This document shows positions 1-8,936 of a DNA stretch of 64,000 nt, piece by piece. The stretch lies in NCBI GenBank assembly GCA_963703285.1, contig OY969807.1, positions 1,568,001-1,632,000 of the forward strand. Direction: 5' to 3'. Position 1 is the first letter of the stretch. Each line of letters starts with the position of its first letter. The translations under genes and the position numbers were made by a program. Below the pieces are notes generated by a model. It saw nothing but the letters and a program-made list of their open reading frames with translations. It had not been told where the DNA came from and did no database searches. The DNA comes from an uncultured Nitrososphaerota archaeon. GTDB lineage: Archaea; Thermoproteota; Nitrososphaeria; Nitrososphaerales; Gagatemarchaeaceae.

Positions 1-10
1 CAACTTCTAT

Positions 11-250
11 CTAACTGGAGTGCAGGTCCTCGATCATCTCGTCGGCGTTCTTGAAGTGCTTCACCCTTCCCTCTTTCGCCTCCTTCAATGATTGATCTAC
101 TCTTGCGCGAAATCCAGGGTCGAGAATCTCGAACGTCTGCTCTGATATCACCTTGTCGCTGGCGCCGTGCGCGATTCCGTCGCGAATCATCGCTAGCAAA
201 TGGTCCAGCGTTTCCCTATCAATGACGTATCTTTGTTCGGTTCTCGCCAT
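11..250 (-). CDS. Small putative antitoxin; partner toxin probably left of the window
   Basis: 79 aa; C-terminus 'SLKEAKEGRVKHFKNADEMIEDL' resembles RelB/YefM-type antitoxin tails; TA-rich context. Confidence 0.55.
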   Translation of the reverse strand: MARTEQRYVIDRETLDHLLAMIRDGIAHGASDKVISEQTFEILDPGFRARVDQSLKEAKEGRVKHFKNADEMIEDLHSS

Positions 251-291
251 TTCTCTGTCGCTTAATCACGCTGTCTGTCTAAATAAGCGTG

Positions 292-367
292 AGGGTTCAT
301 TGCGCCTCCGCCGGGGCATTTCATCCACACGTTGGGCAATAGTAAGCCTACCGGGCTGAACACGTCG
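292..367 (-). repeat. Repeat R1, extends furthest into a diverged copy of the 23S 3' end
   Basis: agggttcattgcgcctccgccggggcatttcatccacacgttgggcaatagtaagcctaccgggctgaacacgtcg versus native 23811-23885. Confidence 0.95.
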
Positions 368-470
368 TCCGAAATGCTTCCCAGTGTCCACATCACCCTC
401 TCCTTCCGGGAGGGTAGGCATAGTCCGAAAGGGTTAAAATGGTCTGAGCACCCAAAATGGGTGAACCTAA

Positions 471-740
471 ATGGGTGCCCAAGTCAAGGTCCTCCAGAAA
501 GGAAAGGTTACGATTCCATCAGAGATGAGGGAAGCGCTCGGCGTGGATGAAGGGGATTACGTGACAATGGAAATGGTAGATAGTCACCTTGTAATCTCTT
601 CGCCTAGGACAATACCGAATCCCACGGAAGCAATAAGCAGGCTGGTATCAGATGTCGCAGCGAAGGAGCCTCTGGACAGGGAAGCAACGAAGGCCGGGGC
701 GGTCAGGATGAAGAGGAAGCTCCAGAGGGGCTCGAAGTGA
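471..740 (+). CDS. vapB: AbrB/MazE/SpoVT-family antitoxin (VapB)
   Basis: KGKVTIPSEMREALGVDEGD motif; 4-nt overlap with the PIN toxin. Confidence 0.9.
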   Translation: MGAQVKVLQKGKVTIPSEMREALGVDEGDYVTMEMVDSHLVISSPRTIPNPTEAISRLVSDVAAKEPLDREATKAGAVRMKRKLQRGSK

Positions 741-1135
741 AGTTCGTCGATTCCAACGTCTTCCTGTACACCCTGATTGGGAGTCCAAAAGCTGACTACG
801 AGACCTCGAGAAACATACTCAAGAGGATTGAAGAAGGCGAGGAAGCCACGACAAGTTTGGCGGTCCTGCAAGAAGTGGTAGATTGGCTCGAGTACAACGG
901 TAGAAAGAGGGAGGTCGAAGTCTTCCTTACGGCGGTCAACTCATACGCAAAGATGCGGAAGGTGAGCAACAGGTGGAGGGACTATCCGAAAGCCTCGGCC
1001 GAGGCCGGAAAAGCGGCCATTGACTTCGTGGACGCGTTATCTCTTGCCGTAATGAGAAGAGAGGGGATCAACGAGGTCTACTCCAACGACAAGGACTTCG
1101 ATAGGATTGCGGGCATAAAGAGAGTATTCGAATAG
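737..1135 (+). CDS. vapC: PIN-domain toxin VapC
   Basis: FVDSNVF...E...DFVDA...YSNDKDFD PIN motifs. Confidence 0.92.
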   Translation: MKFVDSNVFLYTLIGSPKADYETSRNILKRIEEGEEATTSLAVLQEVVDWLEYNGRKREVEVFLTAVNSYAKMRKVSNRWRDYPKASAEAGKAAIDFVDALSLAVMRREGINEVYSNDKDFDRIAGIKRVFE

Positions 1136-1140
1136 AGTTC

Positions 1141-1173
1141 GCCATGCTAGGGTTCATTGCGCCTCTGCCGGGG
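1141..1173 (-). repeat. Repeat R2
   Basis: gccatgctagggttcattgcgcctctgccgggg, immediately after the vapC stop. Confidence 0.92.
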
Positions 1174-1248
1174 GTAGTCCCACTGATGATTTCACAATTC
1201 TACATTCTATCACAGTGTGACTTAAATACATGATGATATGCTAATCTT

Positions 1249-1497
1249 GTGAGCAGAATGTCTGAAAAGCAGGTATTCAGAACCAAGGTATCCCAGGGCT
1301 ACCAAGTGGCTGTACCCGCAAAACTTCGGAAGAAGTACGGGATAGGCGTCGGCGACGAGATAGTGTGGACGTTGGACGATGGACAGGTCAGGACGAGCTT
1401 CAGGAAGAAACCGGGTCTTGAGAATATCGTCTCCCTCGGTCGCGGCGGAGGGAATGCTGTCGAGACCAAAAGGCGAGCTCAGAGGGGGGAACTTTGA
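1249..1497 (+). CDS. vapB: AbrB-family antitoxin (VapB)
   Basis: KVSQGYQVAVPAKLRKKYGIGVGD; TATA-like cttaaata at ~1221. Confidence 0.9.
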   Translation: MSRMSEKQVFRTKVSQGYQVAVPAKLRKKYGIGVGDEIVWTLDDGQVRTSFRKKPGLENIVSLGRGGGNAVETKRRAQRGEL

Positions 1498-1886
1498 TTT
1501 TTCTCGACTCGTCCTTCATCATCGCCCTCGCTGACGAAGGCGACCAGTACCACGATGACGCCGTTAGGGTCTTCTCAAAGCTGGATAACCACAGAGTCAT
1601 CTCCGAGCTTGTGATAGCCGAGAGTGTCTCGGCCGTGGGATCTCGGTTGGGAGTGAAAGCTGGACGGATGGTTTTCGAGAACCTCCTGTATGATTCATCG
1701 ACCAAGACGCACTTCGGCAACAGGAGGCTGTATGAGCGGGCGATGACGATATTTGCCAAGTATGGTGGTCGGCTCTCTTTCGCTGATTCCGTCTCGGTGC
1801 GTCTCATGTATGATCAGAAAATCAGGGAGATAGTCTCCTTCGATAGCGACTTTGATAGCGTCGAGGATGTCGCTCGGATTACATGA
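1494..1886 (+). CDS. vapC: PIN-domain toxin VapC
   Basis: IFLDSSFIIAL...E...LSFADS...SFDSDFD. Confidence 0.92.
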   Translation: MIFLDSSFIIALADEGDQYHDDAVRVFSKLDNHRVISELVIAESVSAVGSRLGVKAGRMVFENLLYDSSTKTHFGNRRLYERAMTIFAKYGGRLSFADSVSVRLMYDQKIREIVSFDSDFDSVEDVARIT

Positions 1887-1916
1887 TCCAAGCCCTTCGT
1901 TTCTGATTACGCAGAA

Positions 1917-1951
1917 GGACTCGTTGCGCCTCCGCCGTGGGCATTTCATCC
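1917..1951 (-). repeat. Repeat R3
   Basis: ggactcgttgcgcctccgccgtgggcatttcatcc. Confidence 0.88.
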
Positions 1952-2038
1952 GAACATCAGGTTGTAGGAAGCAGAAACTCTGGGTCGACTTTGAACGAAC
2001 GATAGGTTAAAAGCAATCTGGACTCATCCGGTCATGAG

Positions 2039-2224
2039 ATGAAGGCCGACAACGCCGAACTGAAACAAGAGATACACCAGATGAAGCGGAGGATATCTTC
2101 TCTGGAGAAGGCGTTTGATTCGATGCTGACCGCTGATGATTCCAGGGCGATTGAGGAGGCCCATCATGACCTCGCTCAGGGTCAGACTGTAGACCTCTCG
2201 CAAGTAAAGAAGAAGCATTCTTGA
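2039..2224 (+). CDS. Putative antitoxin of a RelE pair
   Basis: 61 aa coiled-coil-like with acidic tail; overlaps the relE start by 4 nt. Confidence 0.75.
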   Translation: MKADNAELKQEIHQMKRRISSLEKAFDSMLTADDSRAIEEAHHDLAQGQTVDLSQVKKKHS

Positions 2225-2481
2225 AATTCGACGTCAAGCTCTCCAAAAGGTCTCACAAAGAGCTGCTCTCGCTCGACCCCGCAACAAAAGCGAGGATAAT
2301 CCAGCGTCTTGAAGAGCTACAGGACGATCCCTTTCCCCACGGAGTGGTGAAACTCCAAGGAAGGGTCGATACCTACAGGATAAGAGTTGGTGACTACAGA
2401 GTCCTATACGAAGTCCTGAGGAAAGAAGCGCTGGTGCTCGTCGAGAAGATTGACCACCGCAGCGGTGTCTACGGTCCCTAA
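2221..2481 (+). CDS. relE: RelE/ParE-family toxin
   Basis: KLQG...YRIRVGDYRVLY...IDHRSGVY. Confidence 0.92.
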   Translation: MKFDVKLSKRSHKELLSLDPATKARIIQRLEELQDDPFPHGVVKLQGRVDTYRIRVGDYRVLYEVLRKEALVLVEKIDHRSGVYGP

Positions 2482-2529
2482 ACTCTCGAGCGCCTGGACC
2501 TTTCCTAACGGCCGTTGGTGAAACATCTT

Positions 2530-2589
2530 GCCGTGGATGGGGTTCATTGCGCCTCCGCCGGGGCATTTCATCCACACGTTGGGCTCTAG
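2530..2589 (-). repeat. Repeat R4
   Basis: gccgtggatggggttcattgcgcctccgccggggcatttcatccacacgttgggctctag. Confidence 0.95.
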
Positions 2590-2610
2590 GTGCTAATCGT
2601 CCAGTTCGCG

Positions 2611-3558
2611 CTAGGTGCTCTTTCTCATCCATGCCAGTGTTTCTCGAATTCCGTCCTCGTAGCTCCTCGTTGGATAGTTGGTGCCGAAAAAGCTGTTAAA
2701 CTTGCTCCCGTCTAGAATGAGAGGCTCCTCCGTCAGGTACTGCATCTCCGCGAATTCCCTGGCCAGGCCGTTGAACAAGCCCGCAAGCCGTACAAATGTT
2801 CGGCTCGTTCCGGTCATCTTCGGCTCGAATCCAGCTTGCTTGTATACCAAGTTAATCCAATCGCGAACCCGAATCGGCTCCGGTCCCGGGACGTTGAACT
2901 CTTGGCCGAAGGCATCCGGTCGTTCCGAGGCTGTTACCATAGCCTTCGCCGCGTCGGAGATGAAGATGAACTCGTGCATCGCGTCGAGTTTGCCGAACCA
3001 GCGGGCCGTCTTGTTCATGAGTGCCGACCGGAATATCCCGTCTGCAACGGAGGCTGAATTCGGACCGTAGTAATCCGGAAAACGCACGATCACGCATGGC
3101 ACCTCACCGTCTCGAGAACGCTGCATGAAGGTCTCTTCCAGCGCAAGGCGTATCCGTCCCTTCCTGGAGCATGGATTCCTCGAATGGTCCTCGCGTACCT
3201 TCCCTTCTGGAGCATGACCGAAGATGTACACGTTGCCTGGGAACACCATTCTTGTCTTCGCCTTGCGCGCGGCGTCGATTATCCTACCGTGAACCTGGGG
3301 CAGTCGGGACCACTGTTGATATGGCAGGTTGATGCAATTGTAGAATAGCTCGACGCCATCGAATGCCTTCTGAAGTGTTTGAGGGTCCTCGACAGAACCT
3401 TCGATTAACTCCACCTTGTCCGGACTGGCGAAGACCTTGCCTGACTTCGCACGATTTCGAACCAGCGCTCGAACCGGTTTTCCCGCCGAAGTCAGCTCGT
3501 TGACAATCGCGCTGCCGAGCGATCCAGTCGAGCCTAACACGAGGTACAATGCGGTCAC
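2611..3558 (-). CDS. NAD-dependent epimerase/dehydratase (SDR/NmrA-like)
   Basis: VLGSTGSLG Rossmann motif, RFPDYYGP. Confidence 0.88.
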   Translation of the reverse strand: MTALYLVLGSTGSLGSAIVNELTSAGKPVRALVRNRAKSGKVFASPDKVELIEGSVEDPQTLQKAFDGVELFYNCINLPYQQWSRLPQVHGRIIDAARKAKTRMVFPGNVYIFGHAPEGKVREDHSRNPCSRKGRIRLALEETFMQRSRDGEVPCVIVRFPDYYGPNSASVADGIFRSALMNKTARWFGKLDAMHEFIFISDAAKAMVTASERPDAFGQEFNVPGPEPIRVRDWINLVYKQAGFEPKMTGTSRTFVRLAGLFNGLAREFAEMQYLTEEPLILDGSKFNSFFGTNYPTRSYEDGIRETLAWMRKST

Positions 3559-3714
3559 TAGGCAGCAATCTATCTGATATTAACAATCCCGTGCCCCAAA
3601 CGCGATGAAAAGGACTCGGCCTCTCAGGTAGCCGTAGCCCTCGTCTCCCCGAGCCCTGTATGGTGCTAGAGCCTCCAGCCATTCTTTTCTAAAACAATGG
3701 AAGGGATATGTTTT

Positions 3715-3744
3715 GCCACACGTGGGTCATTGCGCCTCCGCCGG
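3715..3744 (-). repeat. Repeat R5
   Basis: gccacacgtgggtcattgcgcctccgccgg. Confidence 0.88.
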
Positions 3745-3871
3745 TGACGGTTGAATGTTTCAGGAAGACAGTAAGCTGAGGCCGTCTTTTTGGCCAAGTG
3801 AAGGGTGATGAGTGCGGGAGGAACCGATTCCCCTCGATTGGTTCTTATATTCCTCTGGCACATATTTTTGA

Positions 3872-4033
3872 ATGAGCTTGAAAGCGTCCGAACAAGAATA
3901 CAGGGAGTCACTGGCTTATCTCAGGGCGAAGCTCTCTGAGCCCGATGTCGAGGTCGAGCACTGGCTGAACAATATAGTCGACGGATGGATCGCTAACCGG
4001 AGAGCCACGAAGGCAAAGAAGCGGCATGGCTAG
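3872..4033 (+). CDS. Small hypothetical protein (53 aa; below the ORF-track cutoff)
   Basis: Hand translation MSLKASEQEYRESLAYLRAKLSEPDVEVEHWLNNIVDGWIANRRATKAKKRHG; TATA-like cttatat ~25 nt upstream. Confidence 0.5.
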   Translation: MSLKASEQEYRESLAYLRAKLSEPDVEVEHWLNNIVDGWIANRRATKAKKRHG

Positions 4034-4202
4034 CTCAGAGGACAGAGAGGAAGTCTGTAAGCTCCTCACGAGACTTGAACCAATAATGCTGAGGAGAGTA
4101 GTGACGGCTTCGCGGCTCTCTCCCGAAACCCTGCCCGAGGAAATCCTGCTCCTGGAAAGTGTGACAGTTCTGCGCAGGGAACTCTGCGACGTGCGCGGTT
4201 GA
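4026..4202 (+). CDS. Small hypothetical protein (58 aa; below the ORF-track cutoff)
   Basis: Hand translation MASSEDREEVCKLLTRLEPIMLRRVVTASRLSPETLPEEILLLESVTVLRRELCDVRG; 8-nt overlap with the previous ORF. Confidence 0.5.
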   Translation: MASSEDREEVCKLLTRLEPIMLRRVVTASRLSPETLPEEILLLESVTVLRRELCDVRG

Positions 4203-4260
4203 CGACTGAGCAGCACGACCAACTCGCCAAAGGTAAGCCGACGTCGTTTTCGCGACGGAT

Positions 4261-4285
4261 GGGGTTCATTGCGCCTCCGCCGGGG
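4261..4285 (-). repeat. Repeat R6
   Basis: ggggttcattgcgcctccgccgggg. Confidence 0.92.
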
Positions 4286-4314
4286 GAATATCACCGATTC
4301 ATCTGTCGAGTGCC

Positions 4315-4920
4315 CTACTCTTTGACAGGTTTGTAATACAGGAGCAGATTACCCGACTTGAACCGGCGCGTTCTTACGAGCTCAAGATTCAGCTTCCCCT
4401 TCATCCCTTGCAGTATAGTGGACCCTGCACCCAAGGCAACTGGAGTGATCATGAATCTGAACTCGTCAATCAGGCCTGCCTCGGCAAACGAGACGGCAAG
4501 TCCAGACCCGCCTACCCCGATGTCTCCACCTGGACGTTCCTTCAGGCTCCGTATGTCGGCAGGGTCAAACTTGCGTACGAGCTTCACTCTTCTCCAGTTC
4601 CTGGTCTCCGATACCTCGTCGAGCGTCCTCGAGAAGACAATCTTCTCGGTGTTGTTCATGAAGTAGGCCACTTCTTGGTTTTCTTTCGACGTGAGGGGGT
4701 CGTCGGCCACGTTTGGCCAGTAGGCCTCCATTAACTGGTATACCCTGCGCCCCCAAAGGAAGAGGTCCGTCTCCTTCAGCTGCTCTATCGCGAACTTGTT
4801 GAATTCATCGTCGACCTTGTGCCAGGATAGGTCGTGTTTGGGGCCTTCGAAGTAGCCGTCGATGCTCAGCGACATGAACAGGTATAGGTTCCTTGTCTTT
4901 CGGAGTCGGGCCTTGGACAT
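4315..4920 (-). CDS. Dihydrofolate reductase-like / RibD C-terminal domain protein
   Basis: SLSIDGYFEGP, LWGRRVY, GGSGLA...GLIDEFRFMITPVALGAG. Confidence 0.9.
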   Translation of the reverse strand: MSKARLRKTRNLYLFMSLSIDGYFEGPKHDLSWHKVDDEFNKFAIEQLKETDLFLWGRRVYQLMEAYWPNVADDPLTSKENQEVAYFMNNTEKIVFSRTLDEVSETRNWRRVKLVRKFDPADIRSLKERPGGDIGVGGSGLAVSFAEAGLIDEFRFMITPVALGAGSTILQGMKGKLNLELVRTRRFKSGNLLLYYKPVKE

Positions 4921-5107
4921 GTCTCAAGAGTCGGACCTACGCCAGATAAGCTAGAGGTCAGCCAATAGGTACATGGGAGTTCGTTGGCCTCTTTCCTGTG
5001 GGAGTTCTTCCGAGCTAGTACGAACAAACGGGTTCCATCTCTGTTTCTTGCTGCTCGGAGAGCGATGTCTTCTCATTTCCAAAGTGGTTCCTTGTTTGAT
5101 GTTTTTC

Positions 5108-5139
5108 GCCATGCGCAAAGGGTTCATTGCGCCTCCGCC
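5108..5139 (-). repeat. Repeat R7
   Basis: gccatgcgcaaagggttcattgcgcctccgcc. Confidence 0.92.
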
Positions 5140-5285
5140 AGTGAATCTCGGTGTAGGGTAAGCGTGTGGTCGTTTGGACTGGAAAGTTCCTCTCTGTGCC
5201 GACTAGATTGCTTCGATTCTGGTTATTATCGGATCTGTGCACGTTCAGTTACTAATCTTCTGAAGAGAATCCGGCTCTTGGGCGT

Positions 5286-6581
5286 CTACATGGAAAGACC
5301 TAATCGTTCTGGGTTCGACCTTCTTTGGTAGATTTCGTCGACTTCTCTACGTGTTGCTCGGCGAGACGTTCCGGTGCTTCTTACATAGATTCCTTGCTCT
5401 GATACATAGGGCTTATTCTGGCCCTCTGGAACCCTGACAACAAACACTTGCTGTCCTCTAATCTCGGCCGTTGTTGAGGTCCAAATGATGGAAGGATCAC
5501 AGTTCTTCGATAGAGCGTTTGTGATGCTATTCTTCACTTCCTCGGGATTCCCCTTGAACCCAGGAATTTCGGCTTGATCGGATACTCCTATGAAAATCAT
5601 TCCACCTTTCGAATTCGCAAAGGCAATGGCAGCGCGCAATACTGAATCTTTGTCATAGATTTCTTTGAACTCGACAGTGTCACTCTCTCCCCTTCTGACA
5701 ATTGCCTCCAGATTCTCGAGTTCGTTCGCTATGACGACGCCTGGAGGGATGTAAGCATACCTAAGATCCGCTTGACGTGCGTCAATTCGTTTCCCAGAAT
5801 CATCAATGATGTATATGTTCATGGTAGAAACTTCGTCTGGTGAGGTATAGCTAATCTCTGAGGATTTGGGCTCAATTGTGTCGGAATACGATGGCTTCCT
5901 GTTTGCGTTCGTGGAAGCAAACTGCGCGTATACGCCATTCTTTTGAGTCTGTTCTAATGACACCCTTATCGTTCTGCCGTCTATCACGATACGACTTATC
6001 CTTGCACGATAATCAGGAAGAAGTAGTTCGATTCTCCGATCATTTGTTCCTGACATTGTGTATTCGAAATGCGCAGATACCGCCTCGTCTAAGTTTTGAT
6101 GCGGAGGAAGACCTGGTTTGAGGAAAGGGCCGTCAAAAAAGCTTCCAACGTTGGTGCCGACGAAGTCGTAGTGATTGGATGGCCAATCAAGGGATCCGAA
6201 CCCCCAGCCACTCTTACTGCTAACAAAGTAGTCCTGCCTGTTCTGAATTCCAAATGGCGCGACGTACTCAAAGCCTCCTGCTTTGAAAGTCGAGTTAATC
6301 ATCAAGTCTTCAAGCAATGGCTTCAGATTTTCTGGATTTTCATAGAACTCGGCGAGTACAAGGTCTCCGTAATCTTGTTTGTTAACGGCGCGTTCGAGTG
6401 ACCCTGATTGGATAAATGACACTCTTGCAAATCTCAGTGCCATTGTATTCGTCATTCTATCTCGACATGCAGCGAGTTTAATCTGCATCTTTCCATAGAA
6501 CGATTTTCGTGCGTCGAGATCCCTCAGAATTCTGTCACGATAGTCGAGTTCCTCTCGACTCAGTTCTTTCATTTGCGACAT
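5286..6581 (-). CDS. Protein with a C-terminal Schlafen/AlbA_2 domain
   Basis: GESDTVEFKE...AFANSKGGMIFIGVSD...YVR. Confidence 0.85.
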   Translation of the reverse strand: MSQMKELSREELDYRDRILRDLDARKSFYGKMQIKLAACRDRMTNTMALRFARVSFIQSGSLERAVNKQDYGDLVLAEFYENPENLKPLLEDLMINSTFKAGGFEYVAPFGIQNRQDYFVSSKSGWGFGSLDWPSNHYDFVGTNVGSFFDGPFLKPGLPPHQNLDEAVSAHFEYTMSGTNDRRIELLLPDYRARISRIVIDGRTIRVSLEQTQKNGVYAQFASTNANRKPSYSDTIEPKSSEISYTSPDEVSTMNIYIIDDSGKRIDARQADLRYAYIPPGVVIANELENLEAIVRRGESDTVEFKEIYDKDSVLRAAIAFANSKGGMIFIGVSDQAEIPGFKGNPEEVKNSITNALSKNCDPSIIWTSTTAEIRGQQVFVVRVPEGQNKPYVSEQGIYVRSTGTSRRATRREVDEIYQRRSNPERLGLSM

Positions 6582-6700
6582 TAGTTGTGATGGTTGCTTC
6601 CTGCTTTCTTAAGAGTTGTTGGTTGATGGTTGCATATCGTCACCCAGAATCAAGTTGCAGACGTCAAGCTAGTCGCCTGAATTCGATAAAGGGACGTTAC

Positions 6701-6732
6701 GCCATGTAGGGGTTCATTGCGCCTCCGCCGGG
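6701..6732 (-). repeat. Repeat R8
   Basis: gccatgtaggggttcattgcgcctccgccggg. Confidence 0.93.
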
Positions 6733-6738
6733 CTCGAA

Positions 6739-7467
6739 TCAGCGTTTCGCCTTTTCGATTATCGCGATGTAGTAAGAGTCTTTTCCGTCTAGGAACTCTC
6801 TGACGCGCCATCCTGTCCCACGCAGAAGTCGTTTCACCTCTTCTCTTGACGCCAGCAGATAGTCGAACCATTCGGTCTTGTATTGTCTGTACCTGATCCG
6901 GATTCTGAGCTGGCCTGGTAGCCGTCCCCTTCTCCTGTTTTGTTGCTGGTAAACCTGATGAATGCCGCTTTTTGGTCTGGATGGATCATTTGCATCTGCG
7001 ATGATAATCCCGTCCTTGGAGAGGAGGGGATACCACTTCTTCAGCAGCCGCCTTCCCTTCTCAATCGACCCCAGTAGGCCCAGCACGTTCCCCATCATGA
7101 GGAACGTATCGAAGGAGTCGGGCTTGAAACGTAGATTCTCCATGTTTCCGACGATGGCATTCCTCAACCCTCGTTTCTCACACACCTCGATGGCCAGAGG
7201 AGACCTGTCGATTCCAATTACGTCGTACCCTTTGCTCTGAAGATACAACGCATGCTTCCCTACGCCGCAACCAACGTCGAGTATCCTGCCCTTGACGTGG
7301 CTAATCGCCTGTTTGTGCAGGTCGGCCCAGTCCTTGTACTCGAGAAAGAAACTTCCAGCGTCCCTTATGTCCAGCAACCCGTCGTCGCGCTCGATCGCGT
7401 AGTAGGCTTTCCCGGTCTGGAACTGGTCCGACATCGCGCGTCCGTGCGCATCTTCGTCGGGGTTCAA
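6739..7467 (-). CDS. Class I SAM-dependent methyltransferase
   Basis: ILDVGCGVG motif I. Confidence 0.9.
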   Translation of the reverse strand: MNPDEDAHGRAMSDQFQTGKAYYAIERDDGLLDIRDAGSFFLEYKDWADLHKQAISHVKGRILDVGCGVGKHALYLQSKGYDVIGIDRSPLAIEVCEKRGLRNAIVGNMENLRFKPDSFDTFLMMGNVLGLLGSIEKGRRLLKKWYPLLSKDGIIIADANDPSRPKSGIHQVYQQQNRRRGRLPGQLRIRIRYRQYKTEWFDYLLASREEVKRLLRGTGWRVREFLDGKDSYYIAIIEKAKR

Positions 7468-7549
7468 CGTGCGTTACTATGTGCAACCTAGGGCTATAAG
7501 ATACGTATTCTCCATCCTGTCTTGCGAATTCATCAAGAGCATCCAGGCT

Positions 7550-7638
7550 TTCTTAATCTTAGATGCCGAAAGAAAGGCATGCCATGTATAGGGTTCATTG
7601 CGCCTCCACTGGGGCATTTCATCCACACGTTCGGCTAT
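7550..7638 (-). repeat. Repeat R9 with extended distal flank
   Basis: ttcttaatcttagatgccgaaagaaaggcatgccatgtatagggttcattgcgcctccactggggcatttcatccacacgttcggctat. Confidence 0.95.
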
Positions 7639-7711
7639 GAGTTTCGGCGACATTGCTCGGTAGATAGGATAGGAGGGGTTATCGGCGCTGCGAACATCTG
7701 GTTGCAGGGAC

Positions 7712-8143
7712 TCAGAGGGGCAAGCTTTCTTGGATGGCGCCAAGATATTTTTCGTTTATCATGTATAGTTCGTTGTTCCAGTCCACATAATGTAGCGGCT
7801 CTTTTCCAAGAGCTTTGTACCGCTTGCTGAGCGATGAAAGAGGACCACCCAGCTGTTGATTACTCAGCCCAAGTTCCTGCTTTACCTCGGCTATCGGTGC
7901 TGTCCTGCCCCTTCGTATGATGGATATGAAGAAACGCCTTCCGACGTCGTTCGTGTTTGAAAGGAAATTCTGAATCTCTTGGGTGGTCCATTCCGACGGA
8001 GTTCCACCCTGAACGGAAGTTGGAGGCGTGACCTCAGCACAGAGCAGAAATGCAGCTGATCCATAGAATTTTCGAATCTTGTTAGTAAGGTCTTGCAAGT
8101 CTTGATACTGGAACCGCACTTCTTGTAGATTATCTGTAGACAT
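7712..8143 (-). CDS. Hypothetical protein with a C-terminal winged-HTH-like region
   Basis: 143 aa; 'IAEVKQELGLSNQQLGGPLSSLSKR'; AT-rich promoter region upstream. Confidence 0.6.
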   Translation of the reverse strand: MSTDNLQEVRFQYQDLQDLTNKIRKFYGSAAFLLCAEVTPPTSVQGGTPSEWTTQEIQNFLSNTNDVGRRFFISIIRRGRTAPIAEVKQELGLSNQQLGGPLSSLSKRYKALGKEPLHYVDWNNELYMINEKYLGAIQESLPL

Positions 8144-8259
8144 TATTATTCATCTCACGTATTATCTATTATATCTATAAGTATTAAAAGATTGCTTAGA
8201 GGTTACTGCAGGTAACTATTGATAACTGTTACATATGTGAGATGTTTGCTTGCGTTTTG

Positions 8260-8796
8260 CTACTGTCTTTCGAACAGCTGAGATGTCTTTAGTTCAGGGT
8301 GAAACCAGAAATATGAGAATCGTTCGTCTGTCGGCATTGTAGTATATCCCATTATCAGCAGGAATTCGTGATTCAGCATGCCCTTCTTGGTAAGAGATAG
8401 TCTAGATTCGAGCTTCTCCTTGATCTTATCGTGTTGTTTCTTCGGTGGATAACATATGAGCACGCGCAAGTAAGCTGCAGATGCGAGAAGCTTAGGTACC
8501 TCCTCATCCCAGATTCCCTGCCAGCCGTTTTCGTGTTCTACGGTCAACACCGGTTCTTCGTCTTGGTCATAGAAGGTCAGATCTATCCGTCGAAGCTCCC
8601 GATCGGGAGTTAGCTGGAACTTCTTGGATACCTTTAGGAGCACTTTGTACAGATTTTCGGTCCATATGCTGGCCCTTATGGTGTCATCCGACTCGGCACC
8701 GCGCCATCTGTGATGCTGCCATGTTGATTTGAAGGCCTTGGCGAACGAATAGCCGTCTAGCTTCTTCAACGAGATATTCTCTCCGGGCTCTTGCAA
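8260..8796 (-). CDS. Hypothetical protein, possible PD-(D/E)xK nuclease fold
   Basis: RELRRIDLTF...VEHEN resembles a restriction-endonuclease-like core. Confidence 0.55.
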   Translation of the reverse strand: MQEPGENISLKKLDGYSFAKAFKSTWQHHRWRGAESDDTIRASIWTENLYKVLLKVSKKFQLTPDRELRRIDLTFYDQDEEPVLTVEHENGWQGIWDEEVPKLLASAAYLRVLICYPPKKQHDKIKEKLESRLSLTKKGMLNHEFLLIMGYTTMPTDERFSYFWFHPELKTSQLFERQ

Positions 8797-8864
8797 TATT
8801 AAATTCTTTGAGATTGGCGAAGACCTGTCACCCGTTCAATTAAGTGTGGGGTATCAGTTCACAT

Positions 8865-8902
8865 TAGGGATCATTGCGCCTCCGCCGGGGCATTTCATCC
8901 AC
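8865..8902 (-). repeat. Repeat R10
   Basis: tagggatcattgcgcctccgccggggcatttcatccac. Confidence 0.93.
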
Positions 8903-8936
8903 GTTATCCCATATTTGGGAACGGCTTGATACGGAG

